Source: Methanobacteriota archaeon (GTDB taxonomy: Archaea; Thermoplasmatota; Thermoplasmata; SG8-5; JACRNV01). Taken from it: DNA of 64,000 nucleotides. The notes below the pieces were generated by a model that was not told where the DNA came from, made no database searches, and saw only the letters and a program-made list of their open reading frames with translations. The stretch is from assembly GCA_016214785.1 (NCBI GenBank), contig JACRNV010000001.1:240-64239 (forward strand), in the 5' to 3' direction. A program made the position numbers and the translations under genes. Numbering within the stretch: the first letter of the stretch is position 1; every line of letters starts with the position of its first letter. Shown one piece after another: positions 56,101 to 64,000 of the stretch.

Positions 56101-59100
56101 ACCTCACAGGGTGCACGGGAACGGAACTTAGGTTCTGGTGGTACATGAGCTACTATTGGGGCGTCAACCCGTATGACAATTACGACCTCAATGTGTATGT
56201 GAGCACGAACGATTGGGCGACCTCGACCTTCATGTGGAACGAGGACGGCCTCTCATTCTCGAATTGGGTTTGGTACGACACCGACATGGGACTGCCGCTC
56301 GACCTGTCGGCCTTTGACGGTATGAGCAACGTGGAGATAGGATTCCAGTACTCGGGTGCGGACGGCGCGGAGCTGGCTCTCGATGACATTACAGTAACAA
56401 CGACGGCAGGCAGCTGCAACATGTCCTTCTTCCAGTGGTATGACATCGATACGAACGACGGCGGTTTCGTTGAAATCTCCGTCGACAACGGGCCATGGAC
56501 CCAAATCGATCCGGTCGCGGGATACCCGGTTACTGGCAACGCTGGCGGGTACGTGACCAATTGCTACGCAGGCGCAAGCGGCGCATGGTATTACGAGGTT
56601 TACGATGTGTCGTCGTATGTTGGCTCCACCGTGAGATTCGGCTTCCACTTCGCGAGCGAGACCATGAACAGCAACTGGGGATGGTACATCGACGATGCGT
56701 TCGTCGGAGGCACACCATATTCCATGGACGCCACTCCACCTCTGCAGGCCGGGTTTGGCGACCCGGGCGACTCTGTATTCTACACAGTCGATGTGAGCAA
56801 TACTGGGTATATCTTCGATACGTACGACCTCAGCGTGGTTGTGAACACGACCGAAGTCTGGTTCTACGACCTGGGGATGAGCCCGATCACGTCGATAGGC
56901 TCCATATCCGCAGGCAGTTCGGCCTCGTTCATCGTAGAAATCGTGATACCCGGCGCGAACGCGCCTGGGGCTTGGGACGGCGCAGTTATTCAGGCCACTT
57001 CGCAGAACGACTTGAATGTGTTCGACCAATGTGAGATAATCACGCAAACCCTGGCGCAGTTCCTCCTGGTCGACGACGACGGCGGCCTTATCACTGAAAT
57101 GTGGTACGACCAGGCTTTCGTCGACAATGGCTGGGCATACGACTACTGGAACACGGGCTTCATGGGCGTCCCATCGGCTTCGGTTCTCGCGCTGTTCGAC
57201 GCCGTCGTTTGGGGCACCGGGGACAATAGTGGCGGCTATGTCGGCGGCCAGCCATTTGACACTCTGTCGGTGGATGAGATGAATGAAATCACTACGTTCC
57301 TCGACAATGGTGGCAGGATGTACCTGTCAAGCGCCGGGTGCGGCGCAGACGCCTTCTTCAACGGATGGGATGGATGGCTCGGCGCTTATTTCGGCGCTTT
57401 CCCATACAATCTTGATGTGGGCACAAGTTATGAGCTAATCGGGGAGCCATACGATCTCATCGGCGACGGCCTCGACTACTTCATGCACCAAGGTGACGCG
57501 GATCCCGAAGTCCAGGGAATCCTCGGGATGAACGCGCCCTTCGGCGCCCCCACATCCACAGCATGGATAATGTCGGACATGGGGGATTTCGCAGCAATCA
57601 AGACTCCTACTTTCACATACAGAACTGTCCTAAGTGGCTACGAGTTCGCGGACATCGACGGGCAAGCCAACAGGGCCATGACGCTCAGCAGGATCATCAA
57701 CTGGCTGCTATTGCCCGACTATGTATTGGCCGCACCGAGCTACCAGGAGTACGCGGCGGGGGCGGATACGACGGTCATCTACCCCATGACGATTACCAAT
57801 CTCGGCATGCTCGATGACACATTTGACCTGAGCATCGCCCCCGCTCCTCTGTGGACAACCGAAATAAGGGACGAGACCGGCACCATTGTCATAACCGACA
57901 GCGGGTTCGTGCCTGGGGGAAGTATGTTCAACTTCACCATTGCCGTGCAGATTCCGATTGGCGCTGTGCCTTCGTACAGCAGCCAGGCCACACTGAACGT
58001 CTCCTCTCAAAACCAGCCTGGCGTTTACGCGCTCGCAGACGTTTGGACTTACTGCTACGTGACGCCCCCGACGACCGACGATTTCGAGGGCGGTACCTTC
58101 GACAGCATGAGGGCCATGACATTCGGCAATATAACGACGCAATGGGAGCAGGGCGACCCGTCGAGCTTCCCGTCTGGCCCGGGCAGCGCGTATTCTGGCG
58201 CGAACTGCTGGGGCACGAACCTGCTCGCCAATTACACGCCAGGCACTGATTCCTGTCTCTACACGCATTACTACAACCTGAGCCTGGCGCAGAGCGCTAA
58301 CATGACGTTCTGGCAATGGTACAGCATGGACCCGAACGATGGCGGATGGGTTGAAATCAGCACAGACTTCACGCAGACATGGACACAAATCCGTCCAGTG
58401 GGCGGATATGGCGGCACGAACTGGTACGGCATCGAAAGTTACCTCGGCACAAGCGGAGGCTGGCAGCAGGGCTTGTTCAACCTCTCGGATTACGTGGGCA
58501 AGGTCGTAATACTGAGGTTCAAGTTTGCCTCGACCCCGATGACCCCTATCACGTTTGCGGGATGGTACATTGACGATGTGTCTGTCGATGCAATCTTACC
58601 GACCCGGGGCGTGTTGGTCTCGCCGGCCTCGGCGATGCAGATATGCGTGCCGGGCGCGAATGCCGATTACCAGCTGACGGTCAAGAACATCGGGACAAGC
58701 GGCGACGACACATTCGACCTGACGGCCGCGAGCTCGAATGGATGGCCGGCGGGCACATATGACCTCGGGATGAACCCAATCAGCAGCCTCGGTCCGCTGG
58801 CATATGGCGCGTCGGAGAACATCATCGTCAGGCTGACGGTGCCGCTTGTTTCGTCACCCGGGCAGTCGGACGATACACTTGTAACGGCCACTTCGCAGAA
58901 TGACTCGGCGGCGAACGACACTGCGCTGCTGACGTCACAGGTCCTGGCGCCGATACTGCTGGTGGACGACGACCTCGGGATAATGTCGCAATCCTGGTAC
59001 GAGTCGGCGCTGACGGATTCCGGCTTCGCTTTCAACAAGTGGGACGTCAGCGTGTTCGGAGCCCCGGCGCTCGGCGACCTGGCGCAGTACGATGGCGTGG

Positions 59101-62100
59101 TCTGGCTGACCGGCAACGCCTACGGTTTCAACGGCAACAGCCTAACGTTCGATGACAGGGTGGCACTGGGCCAGTACATGGCGGCTGGCGGTAACGTTTA
59201 CCTTTCCGGCTCCATGGTCCCCATGGAAGCCCACGACTACGGATGGGAAGGGTGGCTTAGCAACTACTTCGGGGCCGCTGCGGTGAACGCGTCCATGGGC
59301 TCGCAGGGGTGGGGGTGGGAGATGTTCGGCACGGTCCCGCAATCCATCGAGGGCGTGGCCGGCGACCCGATAGGGGACGGCATGACGCTTGCGCCGCACA
59401 TGGGAGATTACTGCCCCGCGCTATGGGGAACGTACACTATCATGCAGACAGCGTCCCCGATGGCCAGCTACTCGTTCAACTTCAATCCCGGCCTGCCCGG
59501 AGGGACGGAAGGGGCCATGATCAGAATGGACAGCGGCATTCACAGGGCCGTGTACTCGTCCTTCGACTTTGCCGAGGTCAACAACAACTTGGCAAGGGCG
59601 GGCCTGATGTACGAAATCCTCAGATGGATGCTTTCCAGAAAGCCTGTCGTGGAGAATGCGTTGCTCGATGGCGCCCCCTTCGAATCCGTGTACCCTGGTG
59701 CCATGGTCACGCTCACGGCGGTCGTGAACACGACGATGACCGGCGGTTACAACGTCGCTGGCGCGAACTGCACCTTCGGTCCCTTGGCTTGGCCTGGAGC
59801 GCCGATGGCTGCCCAGGACGGGTCGTTCGACTCGCCGGTCGAGACGGCGACGCTGACAATCGATACGACCGCAGCCGCGGACGGCATCTACTATCTCTAC
59901 GTCTACGGCTGGGACGAAGTGCCCAACTACAACGACACGTCGCAGGCCTACGCGATCCTGCTTGTCGATTCGACGCCGCCCGACAGCAACGTCGTGCAGA
60001 CTGGGTCGTACTGGCGCAGCGCGAACCCCGACGCGGTCACGATATCGGCGACGGACAACCTGTACGTACCCGTACTGGAGGAGAACTTCGACGGCGGCGC
60101 CTTCCCGCCCGCCGGATGGAGCACGGCTGGAATATGCAGTGCGTATACTATTTTGCCGATGCTGACCCACTACTGGGCGCAGTACGACGACGCGGTCATC
60201 GGAGTGCCGATTTCATACTCTCCGCCTGATTGCGCTGGGGTTTGGTGGAGCGACGGGAGTGGCGGCGACCCGCCGGCAGGCGATCAGAACGAATGGCTGA
60301 TATCGCCGAGCATCGATGCGTCTGGTTTGACTAACATGCAACTCACCTTCTGGTCGGTCTACACGATGATGAGGTACGGGGCGGCAGACGGCGCCCACGA
60401 TTACGTGCGGGTCTCGGTGGACAATGGTTCGAGCTGGACCATAGTCGCGGACCTGGCGCATGACGCGGCCTTCGACTTCGACGGGTGCTCGGGAGGATGG
60501 ATCGGCAACTCGAGTTGGAACTATTATGACTTCCCCATCTCCATAGACCTGAGTTCCTATGCCGGCAACCCGAACGTGCTGGTGGCATGGAACTACGTCT
60601 ATGATTCCGCGTCGCCTGGAGGCCGGGGAATCTGGATGGTCGACGACGTATCGATACAGATGTCGGGCGTCGCAAGCGTCGATTTGTGGTACAGGTACAG
60701 CGCGGACAATGCGACGTTCGGGCCTTGGTCTCTCTTCGGCACTTCGACGTTGCCGCCGTTTGACTTCGCGTTCGATTGGCCTGATGGCCAAGGGTATTAC
60801 GAGTTCTACTCCGTCGCCACCGATCTCGCTGGAAACACCGAGGCAGCGCCCGCAGGGGCCGACGCGATATACGCATACGAGACGACGGTCCCCTCGAGCA
60901 ACGTCGTTCAGAACGCCGGCTACTTAAACTACGGCGCCGGTTTGACCATCGACGGCACCGCCAGCGACTCTCCGAGCGGCGTGGATTTCGTCCAGCTATG
61001 GTCTCGCGTCTCGAACGACAATTCCACATGGTCTCCCTGGAGCCTCGCGATGGCCGATTACCTAGCGCCGTACCAGTGGGACTTCGTGGCGCCCCAGGAC
61101 GGGTACTACGAGTTCTACAGCCGCGCCATGGACTTCGCAGGCAACTACGAGGCGGCGCCCGGCGCGGCGGACGCTGCGGGAGCGTTCGATATTTCTCCCC
61201 CGACGAGCAATGCCGTGCAGGGCCCTCAGTATGCATGGAACACTGGACCGATGACTGTTCAGGCTGCCGCCGATGACATGTACGTATTCCTCAACGAAAA
61301 GTTCGAGGGCACGTTCCCGCCCGCGGGCTGGAGCGTCGACACACTGGCCGGCCTGGGATGGGAGCGGAACGACTGGTGGGGTGACGGCAACTACGTGACC
61401 GGAGGTGGCGACTACTGCGCCGACGTAAACAGCGACGCGTACGGTACTTCCCTAGAGTCTGTGCTCTACACGCCAACGCTAACCTTTGGCGGTCTGCCAC
61501 CGAGCACTCCCTTGTACCTGGAATACGATGCAAATTTCCAGTGTTACATCACTGATGATCAGGGATGGACAGAAATAAGCATCGATGGAGGAACGAGCTG
61601 GACGACCCTCCTCTACTGGAACGAGGACCATCCCCCGGGAGGCACGTACGTGGCTCCTGGAGTGCACGTGAGCATCGACATCTCCGCGTACGCGGGCGAG
61701 CCCAGCGTCCAGTTCAGGTTCTATTACTATGCACCGGACTGGGACTGGTACTGGCAGCTCGACAACGTCGTCATCCAAGTGCCGCAGAGCGTCGCACAGG
61801 TGGAGCTGTTGTACAGGTCCTCCCTAGACAACGCCACTTGGGGCGCATGGACGTCCTTCGGCAACGACAGCGCCGCCCCGTATTCGTGGGACTTCAGCTG
61901 GCCCGACGGGGACGGATTCTACGAGTTATACACTATCGCGACCGACAACATGGGCTGGGCGGAATTGCCACCGTTGATGGCAGACGCATCCTATTTGTAC
62001 GATACCACAGCTCCAACGATCGCCTCGACCCTCCCGGCTGACGGGAATCCGAGCTGGAGCATCGCCGCTGGAACATACTCTATCCAGTTCAGCGAGCTAA

Positions 62101-64000
62101 TGAACGTCCTTGCCGGCGCGCCCCCGAACACGAATCTGCCTATCACAGGATGGGCTTGGGACGGGGCCGGGATGTGGCTCAACGGGACGTACACTGCACT
62201 CGCGGTCAGCACGCTTTACTGGGTCGACTTGGCGGGGCTCGGATACACCGATGCAATTGGAAACGCCCTCGGTGGCGACACGAACAAGTCCTTCACGACG
62301 GCCGCAGGTCCGTGGGCCGCAGTCACGAGCCCCTCGGGGCCGAGCGTCGATACAATGCCCACGATACTGTACGATTTCGGGTCCAGCCCGACCAGCGTCG
62401 AGATATACAACACGTCGGACGGAGGCGCCACGTGGACCCTGTGGGGCACTGACGCAACGGTTGACGGCACATGGACTCCCGGATCGAGCTTGTCCATCGA
62501 TGGCCCGTATTACTGGAGCGCGAGGGCGTTGGACGGCGCGAACGACGAACCGGTCCCGTCCAGCCCGGTCGACATCGAGCACGGGCCTTACATCCTGGAC
62601 ACGACATCGCCGTCGAGCTCCGTCGACCCAGTGGCGCCATTCTGGGGTAATACCATACCGACCACATTCTTCGCCACAGCCTCGGATGGCCTAACCAGTG
62701 TCGCCTATGTCGAATTCTGGTACGCCTATTCAGCAGACAACATAACCTGGGGTGGCTTAACGATGTTCGACAACGATACCGCCGCACCGTGGTCAGCGCC
62801 CTTCACTTTCCCAGACGGCGAAGGCTATTACGCCTTCGTATCCCGCGCAGGCGACATATTGGGGAACTATGAGGGATTGCCCGGCACTTTGGACGCGGAA
62901 TGCGGGTACGACATAACAACCCCTAACAGCGATGCAATCTATGCGGCGCCTTACGTGAAGACCTTGCCGACCGAGACAATCGACGCGAACGCGAACGACG
63001 CGCTCAGTGGCGTCGCCTCGGTCGAGTTGTGGTACAGGTTCTCGGCCGACAATGCGACGTGGGGCTCCTGGACGATGTTCGGAACAGATACGGCAGCCCC
63101 CTGGCAATGGGACTTCGACTGGCCGATGGGCGTGGGCTACTACCAGTTTTACACGGTGGCACATGACATTGCCTCCAACGCCGAGGCGCCGCCAGCGCTT
63201 CCCGACGCCGAGTACCAGTGGTTCCCGCCATTCCCGGTAAGCGTCGTGGAGAGGACTGCGGCATATTGGCACAACACCAATCCCGCGATGATCACTGCCA
63301 ACGTGACTGTAACCGCCAACCCGGTTGATTACGTCGAGCTATGGTACAGGTTCAGCTCAAACAACGCGACCTGGGGCTCATGGGCATATGGCTTGAACGA
63401 CACGGACGGCGCCCCCTGGCAATGGAGCTTCGGCTGGCCCGATGGCGAGGGATATTACGAGTTCTACAGCAGGGCGGCAGACACGACGGGAAACTACGAG
63501 CCCGCTCCGACATCCGCAGATGCGCAATATGCATGCGACGCGACGGTTCCAGCGAGCTCGGTCAATGCCGCAGGCGCATACTGGCGTACATCTCAGCCTC
63601 ACACGCTGACCGCGAGCGCGAGCGACGGCCTTTCCAGCGTGTCGTACGTTGAGCTCTGGTACAGGTATTCCGCAAACAACGCGACATGGGGCGCCTGGGC
63701 GCTGTTCGGCAACGACACACTCGTTCCATGGTTATGGGTATTCACATGCCCCGATGGCGACGGGTTCTACGAGTTCGCGTCGGCAGCCGGTGACATCGTA
63801 GGCAACTACGAGGGCGCGCCATCCGCGGCGGATGCCGCATACGGATACGACACGGCTGGGCCAACGAGCTCTTGCGACGTGACCGGGCCGTACTGGTACT
63901 CCTCGATGCCTATATCCATATCGATAACTGCGACCGATGGAACCAGCGGCGTCAACAGGGTGCAGCTATGGGGCAGGTTCAGCGCGGACAACGCGACCTG
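53184..64000 (+). CDS. Second giant secreted multidomain protein, 5' part only (>3,605 aa; ORF open at the window end)
   Basis: Not in the ORF track because there is no stop. I translated 53184-64000 by hand and found no stop codon. GGAGGGGG lies 4 nt upstream of the ATG. Signal peptide MTKITGSVGASVGTIMAAVLALVFLCSALSPAVSA, then an Ala/Pro-rich linker, then repeated recognisable modules (see findings). Confidence 0.85.
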   Translation, partial: MTKITGSVGASVGTIMAAVLALVFLCSALSPAVSAKSAAAPAAIAADDKTGQATTGPVGPMAPEKQADSAQRVEWAPKVTEQRDAIKRDFGEPAPTIESKIKANGIEAAPALSQPAAAPSEQASKPSLSSPPAINQVQPRLREQRETPTHVPNIVASSQPSDGMTAARSTLAAGNPGRTPAREIPQPTVNAKTNVIIVCADDYPATLISQLQGHGNIGTVDFWNAASTTPTAADLLPYDVAITFSNSPYSNPVAIGNVFADYIDGGGSLVAATFCLYDAGSNFGISGRIVSDGYLPFISNDTGNYYSWSTLGTYNASHPLMGGVSAVTDYYRDYVSLDPSAEFVASWADGAGFVAVKGNVVGINSYPGPYYDATGDIWNLFCNAVLYLNPQTYRLTLMPGVVNKIAKTGQVFNISMALQNTGLNNDTYDLSFANDTWPVSFLDATGTTPIASIGPVGSFGWEYFTVRVTVPGTAVTGDFDEFEVNATSQNDTAISEISLVNVTCFNGIAVGIYDHPDVSDISYWTDGNGNSWADYQGVVDSDLQGRFMSFIITELSPWTLELLDVIVLPDNAIPDADLAAVNAWFLPGKGIIAVDSAACFATYSGYMFPAGAGTNGNGVYWDYNTNENDQCILMPHKITESYEINDIYSSMGGDAQYYNSMLPLDALALTTQKWNSEYVYAVAREVPGAGRIVGLGPYDSHPDGTDELIRDAIEWSASLGYYSVVAQPGNQEGYGSGGETVDFTVTVLNTGTSADTYDLTATGSVWTAEIYDATGTTVISSIGPISAGASADFIVRVSIPGGSSMGAFDEASIHIESQSQPSANDTATVRTQVPYVGEWFDGLESGMADWTVDDISHVVPSTTWETGDPTGYPPISPYDGTSCAGTNLLDYYYIGADTVLESPYLTLEAGGVLLSEEFGSGTMPPAGWSHIPNNAYTWFIETNTPHSAPYYADCQYDPALNTQDEWLISPPLDLTGCTGTELRFWWYMSYYWGVNPYDNYDLNVYVSTNDWATSTFMWNEDGLSFSNWVWYDTDMGLPLDLSAFDGMSNVEIGFQYSGADGAELALDDITVTTTAGSCNMSFFQWYDIDTNDGGFVEISVDNGPWTQIDPVAGYPVTGNAGGYVTNCYAGASGAWYYEVYDVSSYVGSTVRFGFHFASETMNSNWGWYIDDAFVGGTPYSMDATPPLQAGFGDPGDSVFYTVDVSNTGYIFDTYDLSVVVNTTEVWFYDLGMSPITSIGSISAGSSASFIVEIVIPGANAPGAWDGAVIQATSQNDLNVFDQCEIITQTLAQFLLVDDDGGLITEMWYDQAFVDNGWAYDYWNTGFMGVPSASVLALFDAVVWGTGDNSGGYVGGQPFDTLSVDEMNEITTFLDNGGRMYLSSAGCGADAFFNGWDGWLGAYFGAFPYNLDVGTSYELIGEPYDLIGDGLDYFMHQGDADPEVQGILGMNAPFGAPTSTAWIMSDMGDFAAIKTPTFTYRTVLSGYEFADIDGQANRAMTLSRIINWLLLPDYVLAAPSYQEYAAGADTTVIYPMTITNLGMLDDTFDLSIAPAPLWTTEIRDETGTIVITDSGFVPGGSMFNFTIAVQIPIGAVPSYSSQATLNVSSQNQPGVYALADVWTYCYVTPPTTDDFEGGTFDSMRAMTFGNITTQWEQGDPSSFPSGPGSAYSGANCWGTNLLANYTPGTDSCLYTHYYNLSLAQSANMTFWQWYSMDPNDGGWVEISTDFTQTWTQIRPVGGYGGTNWYGIESYLGTSGGWQQGLFNLSDYVGKVVILRFKFASTPMTPITFAGWYIDDVSVDAILPTRGVLVSPASAMQICVPGANADYQLTVKNIGTSGDDTFDLTAASSNGWPAGTYDLGMNPISSLGPLAYGASENIIVRLTVPLVSSPGQSDDTLVTATSQNDSAANDTALLTSQVLAPILLVDDDLGIMSQSWYESALTDSGFAFNKWDVSVFGAPALGDLAQYDGVVWLTGNAYGFNGNSLTFDDRVALGQYMAAGGNVYLSGSMVPMEAHDYGWEGWLSNYFGAAAVNASMGSQGWGWEMFGTVPQSIEGVAGDPIGDGMTLAPHMGDYCPALWGTYTIMQTASPMASYSFNFNPGLPGGTEGAMIRMDSGIHRAVYSSFDFAEVNNNLARAGLMYEILRWMLSRKPVVENALLDGAPFESVYPGAMVTLTAVVNTTMTGGYNVAGANCTFGPLAWPGAPMAAQDGSFDSPVETATLTIDTTAAADGIYYLYVYGWDEVPNYNDTSQAYAILLVDSTPPDSNVVQTGSYWRSANPDAVTISATDNLYVPVLEENFDGGAFPPAGWSTAGICSAYTILPMLTHYWAQYDDAVIGVPISYSPPDCAGVWWSDGSGGDPPAGDQNEWLISPSIDASGLTNMQLTFWSVYTMMRYGAADGAHDYVRVSVDNGSSWTIVADLAHDAAFDFDGCSGGWIGNSSWNYYDFPISIDLSSYAGNPNVLVAWNYVYDSASPGGRGIWMVDDVSIQMSGVASVDLWYRYSADNATFGPWSLFGTSTLPPFDFAFDWPDGQGYYEFYSVATDLAGNTEAAPAGADAIYAYETTVPSSNVVQNAGYLNYGAGLTIDGTASDSPSGVDFVQLWSRVSNDNSTWSPWSLAMADYLAPYQWDFVAPQDGYYEFYSRAMDFAGNYEAAPGAADAAGAFDISPPTSNAVQGPQYAWNTGPMTVQAAADDMYVFLNEKFEGTFPPAGWSVDTLAGLGWERNDWWGDGNYVTGGGDYCADVNSDAYGTSLESVLYTPTLTFGGLPPSTPLYLEYDANFQCYITDDQGWTEISIDGGTSWTTLLYWNEDHPPGGTYVAPGVHVSIDISAYAGEPSVQFRFYYYAPDWDWYWQLDNVVIQVPQSVAQVELLYRSSLDNATWGAWTSFGNDSAAPYSWDFSWPDGDGFYELYTIATDNMGWAELPPLMADASYLYDTTAPTIASTLPADGNPSWSIAAGTYSIQFSELMNVLAGAPPNTNLPITGWAWDGAGMWLNGTYTALAVSTLYWVDLAGLGYTDAIGNALGGDTNKSFTTAAGPWAAVTSPSGPSVDTMPTILYDFGSSPTSVEIYNTSDGGATWTLWGTDATVDGTWTPGSSLSIDGPYYWSARALDGANDEPVPSSPVDIEHGPYILDTTSPSSSVDPVAPFWGNTIPTTFFATASDGLTSVAYVEFWYAYSADNITWGGLTMFDNDTAAPWSAPFTFPDGEGYYAFVSRAGDILGNYEGLPGTLDAECGYDITTPNSDAIYAAPYVKTLPTETIDANANDALSGVASVELWYRFSADNATWGSWTMFGTDTAAPWQWDFDWPMGVGYYQFYTVAHDIASNAEAPPALPDAEYQWFPPFPVSVVERTAAYWHNTNPAMITANVTVTANPVDYVELWYRFSSNNATWGSWAYGLNDTDGAPWQWSFGWPDGEGYYEFYSRAADTTGNYEPAPTSADAQYACDATVPASSVNAAGAYWRTSQPHTLTASASDGLSSVSYVELWYRYSANNATWGAWALFGNDTLVPWLWVFTCPDGDGFYEFASAAGDIVGNYEGAPSAADAAYGYDTAGPTSSCDVTGPYWYSSMPISISITATDGTSGVNRVQLWGRFSADNAT
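59970..64000 (+). repeat. Eight copies of a 104/105-aa beta module (V(E/D)LWYR(Y/F)S.(D/N)NATWG.W..FG.D...PW.W.F.WPDG.GYYEFYS.A.D..GNYE..P), the last five tandem
   Basis: VxLW landmarks lie at 60678, 60990, 61800, 62709, 63021, 63333, 63648 and 63960, with spacings of 312/315 nt except where other domains are inserted. The array continues beyond the window. Confidence 0.8.

Noticed and set aside
1-64000. Stop-codon recoding (for example TAG as pyrrolysine) or programmed frameshifts that might explain the very long ORFs.
   Set aside because: TAG terminates several well-delimited genes (M32 carboxypeptidase at 34585, YhaM-like at 35654, Roadblock at 46497, deoA at 53044). Both giant ORFs are continuous in a single frame, so no recoding is needed.

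Overview
This is a 64-kb high-GC segment (most genes about 60-65% GC by eye, with AT-rich intergenic islands) that looks archaeal. The markers are a THUMP/Trm11-type tRNA G10 methyltransferase, an AMP phosphorylase + ribose-1,5-bisphosphate isomerase pair, a TtuA/Ncs6-type PP-loop thiolase, and a TTTAAATA box 24 nt upstream of a start codon. I recognised no rRNA, tRNA, CRISPR array, transposase or integrase.

About 53% of the window is two giant secreted-protein genes.
- Giant 1 is a complete 22,950-nt ORF (5866-28815, 7,649 aa). It contains 66 Big_2-like Ig units, 63 of them exactly 83 aa / 249 nt and in register wherever checked. It also has DUF11 repeats and a VWA domain carrying an inserted jelly-roll domain that appears circularly permuted.
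- Giant 2 runs from 53184 past 64000 (>3,605 aa). It is missing from the ORF track because it has no stop in the window. It is built of alpha/beta + Ig supermodules, jelly-roll domains and 104/105-aa tandem modules, with three nested choice-of-anchor-J-like domain insertions.

The left end (1-5.6 kb) is a small defence/accessory islet. It holds a DpnI-like methyl-directed endonuclease whose 3' 483 bp are repeated beyond an AlbA_2/Schlafen-like ATPase gene, a PIN/AbrB toxin-antitoxin pair, and a small-protein + retropepsin-like protease pair.

Between the giants lie:
- two effector-less AAA_16(STAND)-TPR NTPases, one with a Roadblock/LC7-like insertion between Walker A and Walker B;
- a translationally coupled Roadblock/LC7 + GvpD/KaiC-like ATPase pair;
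- a wHTH-membrane-ABC-CARDB operon;
- an M50 site-2 protease and a NosD-like beta-helix surface protein;
- housekeeping genes.

All family assignments come from motif-level reading of the translations, not from database searches.
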